A stretch of 64,000 nucleotides of DNA from Heteronotia binoei (lineage: Eukaryota). The stretch spans positions 39,618,001 through 39,682,000 of the forward strand of contig NC_083236.1 of NCBI RefSeq assembly GCF_032191835.1, written 5' to 3'. Shown here piece after piece: positions 10,828-21,200 of the stretch. Positions within the stretch are counted from its first letter, which is position 1; every line of letters starts with the position of its first letter. Below the pieces are notes generated by a model. That model made no database searches. It was not told where the DNA came from and saw only the letters and a list, made by a program, of their open reading frames with translations. The position numbers and the translations under genes are program-made.

Positions 10828-11950
10828 CCTATAACCGCTATCGGCACGGGCTGCAACAGGACAGAGAATGGTACCCCGGCCACCAAGATTCCCTCACTGC
10901 CTCTCCCACCAACACTTGTATGGTGTTAGGACCGTGCAGCTAAAAAGGGGGGGGGGGTCACAAGCTCCCAATCAAGCTCAGGAACGGCAGCACAACCCCA
11001 CGACAGCAGCCTGCATCCACAGGCTCCCTGCCCCCAACGAAAGCTAAGGGGTGGGGGGGGGTAACCAAAGGACCAGCCCAGCCCCAAGCCACAAGCCGCA
11101 CTCCTGGAAGGCAGGCCCAGGCTATCCAGCCAGAGAAGAGAAAGCGGGGGGGGGGGGAGGGAGGCACGAGCTCCCTACCCACTAGGCGACCTAGCGCCCC
11201 GCCCCTCGCAAGGGACAGCAGCAATATAACGGGGCCCGGGGTGGCAGGAGGCACCACCAACCCGCAAAACCCCCACCCCGAAAAAGGCCTCTGCCTGGGA
11301 AACCGCCGGCCACTCGCGCTTCCGTTAATGAGGGGCCGCTGCGCGTTGCCCCTAAAGAGAAAAGGCTACCGCCCCACACAAAGCCGACCGCCCGCGTTCT
11401 CCCAACGAGGGGCCGTTGCGCACTGACCGCTCGAAGAAAAGAATGAGCGCCGAGAGCCCCAGCCACTAAAATGCCGCCCCGGCTCAGCCGCCCAAGGACT
11501 GCCCCGCCACGCAGCTGCCGCACTGGCCCTGCACTCCCCAGCTCGCCGCGCCGCGCCTGTAAAGGCCGCTGCGCGTTGTCCCCGAGGGAAAGGCTAGTGC
11601 CGTATAACTGTGAACCGCCTGCGCTTCCCCCCAACCGGGGCCGCTGCGTGCCGTCCCCCGAAGAAAAGAATAAGCGACGGTGGCTCCCAGTCGTCACACT
11701 GCCGCCCAGAAGCAGCCCCCCAGGGGCTGCGCAATAACAGCCGCCGCGCTGGCCCAGCCCGACTCGGCCACCCCAACGATACCGCCGACCCGCGACCAAA
11801 TCTCCAGCCTCGCCAGCGCCTGACAGCCGCCGCCCGCGCCTTCGCCCAGCGCCAAGACCAACGCCGCGCTGCTTTCGATGCTCCCGCCGCCGACGTCCCT
11901 TGACACTAAGGCCTCGCCGCGCTGGACCGCGATCGCACGTGGCTCTCGAA

Positions 11951-12130
11951 CAGAGAGCCAAAGTAACTGCGTGCCGGGGAGCGGGGGCCGGGGCTTATAT
12001 AGCCCCGGCTCCCGCCTACAACAAACACCCGTATGTGGGGTGATATTGCCCCTCCCTCCTTCCGGGGCGGCAAAGGCGGCCCCCAGCCCGAGCGCCGGGA
12101 AGCCGGCTTGGCTGGGAGGGGCCGGACATT
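11951..12130 (-). repeat. Split direct repeat A1 (180 bp) with TATA box
   Basis: Copy of 8306-8485. It contains minus-strand TATATAA about 30 nt before an Inr-like CAGTT. Confidence 0.9.
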
Positions 12131-12776
12131 GTTTCAAGTTTCATAATAATTTATAATTCAGCAATTTATCTCTCCATTTTGTTCTTGAAGTTCCTTTGCA
12201 GTAAAACAGCTACTTTGAGGTCACCCATTGAATGCTTTGGAAGGTTAAAGTATTCCCCCACAGGTTTCTCAGTTCTGTAATTCCTGATGTCAGATTTGTG
12301 TCCATTTATCCTTTGGCAGAGGGTTTGTCCTGTTTGCCCTATGTAGAGATCTGAAGGGCATTGTTGACATTTAATGGCATATATAATGTTGGAAGATGAG
12401 CAAGTGAATGAGCCTAAGATGGTGTAGTTAATGCTGTTAGGTCCAGTGATTGTGTTGTCTGGGTGTATGTGGCAGCAAAGTTGGCACTTGGGTTTATTGC
12501 AAGCTCTAGTGAGGAGTTGTTTGAGATTAGGGGGTTGTCTGTGCGCAAGAAAAGGTTTACCCCCCAGTACTTTTGAAAGAGAGCTGTCACTATTCAATAG
12601 AGGTTGTAAGTTGTTGATGATACGTTGAACTGTTTTCAGTTGAGAGTTGTGTGTGACCACTAGTGGTGTTCTGTTATTGTCTTTTTTTGGGTTTGTCTTG
12701 TAACAGGTTTTCTCTGGGTATCATTCTGGCTTTGTTAATCTGTTTCCTGATTTCATCAGGTGGGTACTTTAGTTCC
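12131..12776 (-). mobile_element. Penelope-like element: linker and GIY-YIG endonuclease region
   Basis: ORF 12166-12660 has FTCSSSNIIYAIKCQQCPSDLYIGQTGQTLCQRINGH, a GIY-YIG domain with the PLE CCHH motif. The element is 5'-truncated near 12776. Confidence 0.9.
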
Positions 12777-12859
12777 AAAAAGCTTTGTTGTAGATACTGG
12801 AAGGAAGTCACAGGTTATAATGTAAAAGGTACCCCAAAACTGAAAAAAAAAAATACAAC

Positions 12860-13277
12860 TTAACCTGATTTTATGAACCTGTGGGCACCTTTGGAATTCT
12901 GACACAGGGTGGTGGGCACAAACACAAAATGGTTGCCACAGGAGGTGGAGCCAGTCACAAAAGGGGTGCTTGGAGGAGGCAGAGCCACATGCACAGAGGA
13001 AGCTCAAATGCACAAGAAAAAGGGGGAGGATAACTTTTAAAAAATATATTGGAGAGGAGAAGTGAGATAGAAATAAACCAACAAAGTGGTGGCAGCTGCA
13101 ACTGAAGCATCATTTTAATCTGTCTAGCTAATCGGATCTCTACAGGACAATCAGAAACTCTGTGGGGCAAATGCCTGACCTGGCCTCACCTACTTTCTAA
13201 CAACACTTGTTGGATACCAGGAAAGTTGCCCTTGGACACTGTGGCTCCCACAGGCATCACATGGGGGACTCATGGTT
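12860..13277. mobile_element. hAT-type non-autonomous element (family of 3643-4269)
   Basis: Shared AACCTGTGGGCACCTTTGGAATTCTGACACAG start and GGCTCCCACAGGC end motifs. Confidence 0.55.
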
Positions 13278-13940
13278 TAACATTACTAGACTTCCATTCA
13301 TTTCATTGAAATGCACTTTCCAATCAATGTGTTCAGTGGCAGTCATCCTTAGTAATGTATGAGATCGCAGCCTTTTATTTATTTTCACACAGCTAAATGT
13401 GTGATGTCCATGCCAATCAGGGAAGCTGCAGACTCACTAAAGACCCAAGATGCTGTTTGCATGGAATATGTTGAACCTGTAATCTGAAAAAAAAATGAAA
13501 CTCTGAGATCAACAAAACACACTCACACATATATGCCACTGAACATCGAAGCCTGACTCTTTAGCAAAATGTCTTGTCTAGTAGAATCAGTCATGCCAGG
13601 CTTTTGTGAGAAATGTAATACAAAGTGATGTGACTGATGCAACCAGATGTGTCAACTCAAACCTGGCATGACAGTCTGAGAAATATTCATGTTTGACTTC
13701 TCCAGAAAAGCAAAAGGTCACAATCTGCTAAGAAGATCTGAGCAAGATGAAAAGGATCTGTGATAGGGCACTACCCATGAAATCCTAAAAACACTTTCCT
13801 GGGATACACCCCACTGAATGGACCTGTGTAGAAAATGCTTGGAATTGTTTTCTATGGCACTTTTGTTTAACTCTGATTCACTTTAATATTGATTGCCTAG
13901 GTTGTGGTCCCCAAGCTTTTTGAGCCTCTGGGCACCATTG

Positions 13941-14212
13941 GAGAGCCAGTTTGGTATGGTGATTAAGTGTGCAAACTCTTATCTGGGAGAACCGGGTTTG
14001 ATTCCCCACTCCTCCACTTGCACCTGCTGGAATGGCCTTGGGTCACCCATAGCTCTTGTAGGAGTTGTCCTTGAAAGGGCAGCTGCTGTGAGAGCTCTCT
14101 CAGCTTCACCCACCTCGCAGGGGGTCTTGTGGGGGGAGAAGGTATAGGAGATTGTAAGCCGCTCTTAGATTCTGATCCAGAGAGAAGGGTGGGATATAAA
14201 TCTACTGTCTTC
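13941..14212 (+). mobile_element. tRNA-derived squamate SINE
   Basis: Head GAGAGCCAGTTTGGT..GGT..TTAAG (A box) and GGTTTGATTCCCC (B box), with a tail ending in ATAAATCT...TCTTCT. Confidence 0.85.
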
Positions 14213-14229
14213 TGTGACAGGGTAGTGAG

Positions 14230-15200
14230 CTAGAGTTGCCAGGTCCAACTCAGGAATTATCTGGGGACTTTGGGGGTGGAGCCAAGAGCAAGGTTGTGAC
14301 AACCATGATTGAACTCCGGAGGGAGTTCTGGCCATCACATTTAAAGGGACCACACTCCTTTTAAATGTCTTCCCTTTATTGGAAATAATGGAGAATGGGG
14401 GCACATTGTGGGACTCATAGGCTGATTACAGACTGGCACTTTGGGTCAACTCAGAGACGCCTCTGAAGTTGACCCAAAAAATCTGTGCAGACAGCAACAT
14501 CTGCCACCCATTCTCCTCCCATCCTCACCCCGTCCTCCAGGCTCCTCCAACTGGCTCAAAAAGCTACCACTTCCAAAGTGGTAGCAAATATTTGAACCGC
14601 CCGTCAGTCACCTCTGGGCCAACTGGATGGGGAAGGGCACACATGAGGTGACTTGGCGGTGTGGAGCTGCCAGGTCACCCCAAGCTGCTCTGGGTTGTTT
14701 TTTTTTAATGAAACTAATCAGAGCACTGCTGCACTTGTGCACACCAGTGCTTTCCCCCTGAGGGAAAACAAAGGGAATCCGGCTTCTAGGGCTTCTTCCT
14801 ATGTAAAGATGGCCAGCCACCTCACAGACAGGATGGGACCACATTGTCAGGGACCATCTGGAGGCTCTGGGACTGCTCTTTTTGCACCATTCCAATTCGG
14901 GACACCTCCCAGCTGCCCCAGAATGGTATCAGCCATAGAGTTGGATCCCCCCAGTCCATTTTTTTTTAAACTGGGGGGGGGGCAGGGTTGAGGAGAGGCA
15001 CTAGATGTTATGCTGAAAATCTGGTGCCTCTATTTAAAAAAAAAACAGTCCCCCCCGATCCCCACAAATTGTTTCTCCATTATACTCTATGGGGGCCAGT
15101 CCCAGTGGACATTCCCCCCCCCCTGCTTTCTGATAACCCTGAAGTGGGGTGAGGGCCTCCAAACTAGGGGATTCCCTGCCCCCAACTGGGGATTGGCAAC
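14230..15200. mobile_element. Non-autonomous TIR element family with TAGGGTTGCCA-type ends (composite)
   Basis: Starts CTAGAGTTGCCAGG and ends GATTGGCAACC. Internal blocks match 27614-28074. Confidence 0.5.
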
Positions 15201-16929
15201 CACAAAATGACTGCTCCATGAGGAGAAACCAACAACAAAATGGCTGCCACAGGAGGCAGAAGGAAACTCAGCAGCAGGGGTGAATGGGAATAATTTTCAA
15301 AAGTACACTAGGAAAGTGGTGCACAAGGGAATAAAACCAAGACTGTGATGGCAGCTGCCACAGAAATAATGTTTATTTAATCTGCCCAGCCAGATGAAAC
15401 TCCAGTGGCCAATCAGAAGCCTCCACAGCCCTCACTTTCTAAACACTCTTCCTGGGAAAGGTATCTTCTTGTAATCCCAGGCTAGCCTCGTTGGAAGCCA
15501 AGCAGGGTTGGGTCTAGTTAATATTTGGATCAGGGATGGACAGGGTTGCTATGCATAGGAAGGCAATAGCAATCCATCTATGTTTGCCTCTTGTCTTGGA
15601 AACCCTTCAGGGTAGCCATTGGTCTGCTGCAACTTGGCAGCACATTGCGCACACAGTCGTACCAATCAACAGCTGGACAGTATTTGCTGCAGAATGGGGT
15701 AGGGTTCAGAGAGAGAGAGAGACCTAGTGAGTATGCCTCCCAGATCCCAGTTCACACACTCACACAAAAGACTTGCACCTAGAAATATGACATTTAATAT
15801 TCTTTTCTTAATTTCATCAGTTCCGGCTTTTCCCACAGTGGTATTCTCTAAGTGGTATTTTAATAGTCAAATATGAAAATGTTCTAATTTCAATAAGCAA
15901 GACTGAAACCTGAAATGGTGCCACATTCCTAATTGGTATGAAATGTCACCCAGTCTGGGCATCTCTACTCGAAGCAATGGAAAAGATATCCCAATATGAA
16001 ATCTCTCCTGGTTTGTTTGTTACAGGTATGCTTTGCAGTAGGCTAATAGTAACTTCATATTAAGTTAGTGAAAAATATTTTTGGTAGGATTGGCTTTTTG
16101 GTTTAGTTCCCTAAAATAAAGAACAGTCTTTTATTATTATGACTTGCTGTTGATATGAATTTTCTGTAATAAGGAGAATGGTTCAGAACATCTGCACATC
16201 ATCAAGATTCTAAGGCAGCATTGCACTCCATGGGTGTCTTACAATAATGGGATATTCCATGGAGGAATTGGATTATGGAGCAGCACAAATAATGAAATGG
16301 TTTTCAAGAGTACATAAATTGCACTGTAATTACTCATTGATTTTGTTGGATCTAAAGGAAAGGACTATTCTAATTCAATACGTGTGGGAGGAGCGAAAGA
16401 AAGGAGGGGGGTTAGGGTCTGTGGGGCAGGTGTTTGCAGCTACAGCTCTTATGCTTTTTACGAAAAGATATTGTGATCTTTTTTTAAAAAAAATAATGCC
16501 ACATTGGTGAGATGCAAAGTGACCTGGGGAGAAGGGCCAAGAGAGCAGAAGGAGTCATTTGTTTGTAAGTTATTACTGCATTAGCAGTTCAAGCCAATTG
16601 TAAAAAGCTTCCCCAATCTGACAAAATGATTTTAAAAAAAATGAGGGGGAGAGAGAGTGTGAAATTGTTCATTAAGATGCTGAATGGCAATCCTAATATA
16701 GCAAATCAGTTCAGAAGACTTCCAAAAGCATTAGCGCCAGCAATTTAATACCTTCCACACATTCCTCTGTCACTCATGAGCCTATCTGCCCTTGTTAAAA
16801 GAAAGGGTGGGGGGATTAACTAGATTCTTCCTCTTGATGGGCAACCATTTAGAGCAGACAAAAGTCTTGGTGTTGGAATCTGTTACGTTAATCATAATTA
16901 GCTCATGCAAACTCCTTGTACTTGAACAT

Positions 16930-17130
16930 GTAGCTACCTTATCCGGAGTCAGCCAGTTGGCCCAACAAGGTCAGTACTGTCTACTCAGATGGGCAGGGCC
17001 TTTCTCAGGTCTCAGGCAGAGATCTTTCTCATCAGCTGTCAACATCCTTTTAACTGGAGACACCAGGGACTGAACCTGGGACCATCTGCATGCCAAGCAG
17101 ATAGTTTGCCACTGCATATCGCCCCTCACC
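16930..17130 (-). mobile_element. Older tRNA-related SINE fragment
   Basis: GGACTGAACCTGGGACC (reverse B-box-like). The body matches fragments at about 29340-29470, 33990-34140 and 59510-59700. Confidence 0.5.
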
Positions 17131-17875
17131 TTGGAGCTCAAGTGTAATTTATTCAAGTTTAACAGCAGGGCCATACACAGGAATTTGGGGGGGGGGGGGG
17201 GTTAGGGGTTGCCTGGGAGGGAACTTGTGTATCATATTTATCCAATGGGAAATCCTCCAAAGAGGGGGCAGGCAGAGGAAAGATGGGGAGATACAAAGGA
17301 AGTGGGTGCAGGGAGGAGCCATGTGATGGACACAGGTTACCCCAGGCTCCTTAGCCCTCAGGAGAGAGGAGAGGAGAGAGACCAGCAGGCTGGGGGTAGG
17401 GGCAATCCTAATTCAAGAGGGGGCACCATCTCTAAAGCTCCACCACCGGCTATGACCTTGTTTAAGAGTAAGATACTCTGAATATATCAGGAGCTCCCAT
17501 CTACATGGAACACAACCTTCATGACAGTTTTCACCTCTATGGTTGCTCTCACAACAGTGTAAAATGAGCACACTACCTGGTTATTACACTGTTAACTGCC
17601 TCGATGTTAGGGCTATAAGGAGATATATAAATATTTTAAATACATTAATTAAATAATTACGGGGAAAACCATGGAACAGGTTGCTCATCTGACACTGTGT
17701 TGTTTGAAGCTGAGGGTTCCCAGGACCTGCTTATGAAATTCTCCTTAAACAAATGTCTGTCTAGATCTTGGAGTCTGGCATTACCTGGTCTTGTTTCTGA
17801 AGTGGAACCTGGGCATGAAAATGCATTATACAGCTAAAATCTGCAGTTACCTTCAGTTTCTTTGGTCTATATACA

Positions 17876-18248
17876 TCTTTACCACCTCTCTGTGATATGG
17901 GATGAGCATGTGTTCATTGATGAAACATTTTTTTAAAAAAAGCAATCTGGACTTGCAAAGCTGAGTTATTAACTGATCTATTGGCAAATGAATTAGAGCT
18001 AGGCATTTGCCAGTTTATTGATTGGGTTAATTGACAAATAGATGGGCTTATTGGGTTAACTGACAAATAGAGGTCTTTCCCACCTCTCTGTGTTATGGGA
18101 TGAGCATGTGTTCATTGATGAAACAATGCAAAAAAAAAGCCATCTGGACTTGCAAAATTGAGTTATTAACTGATCTATTGGCAAATTAATTAGAGCTAGG
18201 CATTTGCCAGTTTATTGATCAGGTTAATTGACAAATAGATGGGCTTAT
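17876..18248. repeat. Tandem duplication of about 175 bp (period 198)
   Basis: 17876-18049 and 18074-18248 align along their length with scattered substitutions. Confidence 0.9.
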
Positions 18249-19099
18249 ACAAGGCCAAACCCAAGGCAAACCCAGGGGAAGGGACACCCAGTACTGACTG
18301 TATGGTTCTTTTTTATCTCCCAAGATATTTGGAGTGCTGTGTTCCATTCTGTGACATCCATTCAGGTGTGTGAATCGAAGATGCATGAAGTCTAGTGGGA
18401 ACCATTTTCTGTTTGTGGTGTATCATTTAGTTGCCTAAAAACTGTGGGTTTTGTGTGTGTGTGCTGCACAGGTGCAGGTGCAGCCAAGAGCTGAATTATC
18501 AAAATTAACAAATGGAATGAAACTGAAGAACAAAACTTCATAAAGGCTCATTAGGCCTAATGGCAGGTGCAAAATGAGCATCTCAGTATTGTAATACCCA
18601 ACATCTCATCCTCTTGAGAGGCACAGTAGTCTTATGAAAAGGTAGCAAAATGTACTACATGGATTGAATTTTTGAATGCTCACACCCCCTCTTTCTGATC
18701 TTCACTTTTGATTTCCATATGGAAGAAACACCTTCAACTAAAGCTAAGAAATGCTCAATAGAATCCTAAATAGACTTAAATTTCTAAGACTTCAATGGAC
18801 TTAGAAGGGTGGATATGCTGGTAATACTTCAGAAGGAATTGACTGACTGCAAAACTGAATCCCCTTAAAACACCACTATAGTCCAAAGCAGATGACAGGC
18901 CCATGTGTTCATTGAATGTATGTGGAAAGAGAGTGGGTGCAAATGGCAAATGTGTTGACCCTGCCCCCTGGCACCATGTGATCACCTCGCTGTCTGTAGG
19001 ATGCCACCATGCAAATGACGTGGCCCTCCCCTCCCCCATTCATGGACAGGGTGAGTGTTGCCCTCTTCCTCCTTGCCTGCAAAGTGGCTGGCAGTCTGA

Positions 19100-19605
19100 G
19101 GGCGGTTTCACACAGGAGGTTTGGCCCAACCAAGCTCTGCCTCCCATTCGGATTAAAAGTGCATGATCACACGAGCACATCTGCTCTCTGAGCTGCACCC
19201 ATACTCACCCCGTCTCCAGATGCCTCCTATCTGCATGGAGTTTCCCAGTAGCATCCTCCTGTATCGGATGCTGTCTGAATGCCCTGGGGGACTCATAAGT
19301 GGAAGAGCTGTGTGAATGCACCGAGCCATTTCTGGCAAAGTCGGGTCCCCCCCCCCATCTCCAAGGTGCACTTCTCCGCTTCTCCAATTGAGCACACACA
19401 TTGGCGCCTTTTTTAAAGAGACAACCCTTTCCGCAGCAGGTCCGTGGTTGAGCCAGGCTAGCAGCGTGAATGGGCAACCACTGACTGCTGCCGGGATCCT
19501 GCCGCTTCAGCAGCAGCTGTCTGATTGCCCAGGAATGGTTCAAAGTTTAGCGGATTTTTTCTGAACGGGATAAAATCGTGTCAATTTCACAGTGTGAAAC
19601 CAGCC
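19100..19605. mobile_element. Harbinger-like MITE
   Basis: Termini GGGCGGTTTCACAC / GTGTGAAACCAGCC with a GC-richer interior. The TSD is uncertain (TGA/TGC). Confidence 0.45.
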
Positions 19606-19924
19606 TGCAACTGTAATCATAGAATGTCACCATCTGATTTTAGACTGTAAATAATTGTTAATGGTTTATGTCTGATTTTTTTTTTTTTTAAAAAATCTCT
19701 GTTGTACATTGCCCACAGCCCTGCTGTAGCAGAGATGGGTGATTCACAAATCGAATAAAAAAAATAAACCACAAGAAAAGGAATCCTCCCCCACCTCGAA
19801 AAGGAAAAAAAAGAAAAAGCCCAAGAAAGTCTGAGCATGCTCATTGCTCTCAGAATGCTGAAAGCAGCTGAGAGTCAGTTAAGGAGTCCTGGGAGAGTCA
19901 GCCCACTCAAGCCATTGAGAATAC

Positions 19925-20275
19925 ATAGGGGGTCCACAACATGGTGGTGCCTGCCAACACTTTTATTTGGTGCCTGCCAAGTGTTTTCAGCAAGTGGGCA
20001 TAGCCAGGTAGGGCTTCTGCCCAGCAAGCCTTCTGATTGCCGCTGGAGACTTGATTGCCTGTGCAGATTTTTTTAAAGGTTGCATTGGCAGAAGCTGCCA
20101 CCATAGCACATGGCTCTTCACTGTATGACTGCAGGAAAGCTGTTACTGCAGGCATTGTTTAAAACTGGTTCTGCTTCTTGCACCAGCCATTTTGTGACAA
20201 CTATTTTGTGGCCCACCACTTTGCATCAGAATTTCAAAGGTGCCCACAGGCTAAAAAAAGGTTGGGGATCCCTGA
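19925..20275. mobile_element. hAT-type element (family of 3643-4269), reverse orientation
   Basis: Ends AAAGGTGCCCACAGGC...GGTTGGGGATCCCTG, the reverse complement of the family start. Confidence 0.55.
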
Positions 20276-20660
20276 TGAAGAAAAAGAAGAATTTCCCATC
20301 AGTGGAAAATCTGTTTGGATCCAACCTGGTCACTAAATACTGACATATATGGTTACGTAGAGAGTCAGAAGGTGAAGATATCAGTATTAAGTAGAACAAG
20401 CTGGGGGGCTTTGAAGAAGAAGAAAACTGCAGATTTATACCCCGGTCTTCTCTCTGAATCAGAGACTCAGAGCGGCTTACAATTTCCTGTATCTTCTCCC
20501 CCCACACCAGACACCCTGTGAGATGGGTGGGGCTGAGAGGGCTCTCACAGAAGCTGCCCTTTCAAGGACAACTCCTGTGATAGCTATGGCTAACCCAAGG
20601 CCATTCCAGCAGCTGTAAGTGGAAGAGTGGGGAATTAAACCTGGTTCTCCCAGATAAGAG

Positions 20661-21146
20661 TGTCAGAACTTGTATCTTTACTGCTGGTTCCCTATAATGT
20701 GACCAATGCTGTATTGTACTTTTACTGTGGCTTAGAGCTGCTTTGTTACTGAACCAAACCGACTCTATGTTGTAACCCTTGCTTGACCCAAAGTGCTTGA
20801 ATAGTAATTAACCTTGCCCCACTGGTATCCAAAATATTTGGGGCTGTAGAATGAGTTATGTTATGTCTCTGCACATTCTCACACTGGGACCCTTTGAAGC
20901 CGAACAGCATGGCCTTCGGAGTAGGGAGGCATCCTCTCTACTGATAGTGATGGTGAGAAGACAGATGTGCCTGTAACGGTGTAAATTGTGGCTTTGTGAG
21001 ATGTTTGCTTTACGTGTATAAAATTGAGCTGGTGCTGGCTCTCGCCATCACTGTTATCTTGCCTCTTCCAGTGCTTAGTTCTCTCCAATAAAATCCTAAC
21101 TTTGTAACCAAGTATGGGATCCGTTTGAAGTTCTTAAGTTCTGACA
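20661..21146 (+). repeat. 5' LTR (486 bp)
   Basis: TGTCAGAAC...GTTCTGACA termini, TATAAAA at 21017 and AATAAA at 21087. Confidence 0.97.
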
Positions 21147-21148
21147 TT

Positions 21149-21159
21149 ATAACAGTGAT
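21149..21159 (+). promoter_or_regulatory. Self-priming primer-binding site
   Basis: ATAACAGTGAT is the exact reverse complement of ATCACTGTTAT (21047-21057), which starts 30 nt after the LTR TATA box. There is no TGG tRNA-type PBS. Confidence 0.8.
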
Positions 21160-21200
21160 CCCATTGTTTCGTGGCTTATCTGTACTGGAGGCTTGGCCTG

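Larger units (their letters stand above)
7740..12131 (-). mobile_element. Ngaro/PAT-type tyrosine-recombinase retroelement, internally deleted (gag only)
   Basis: On the minus strand the order is A1 (12130-11951), internal region with gag, B1 (8883-8486), A2 (8485-8306), a 166-bp spacer, then B2 (8139-7742). By eye A1 and A2 are identical and B1/B2 differ at one site. There is no TSD. Confidence 0.85.

Noticed and set aside
10002-12156. Many overlapping 60-256 aa ORFs on both strands in the YR element and its leader
   Set aside because: They are Arg/Gly/Pro/Ala-rich products of GC-rich, stop-poor DNA, antisense or out of frame to gag, with no domain motifs.
13941-14010. Possible tRNA genes at SINE heads
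   Set aside because: A and B boxes are present but there is no cloverleaf or acceptor stem, and each is followed by the SINE body.
20879-21088. Identical 69-aa antisense ORF in both LTRs (also 26496-26705)
   Set aside because: The identity just reflects LTR identity. The ORF is short and has no recognisable motif.
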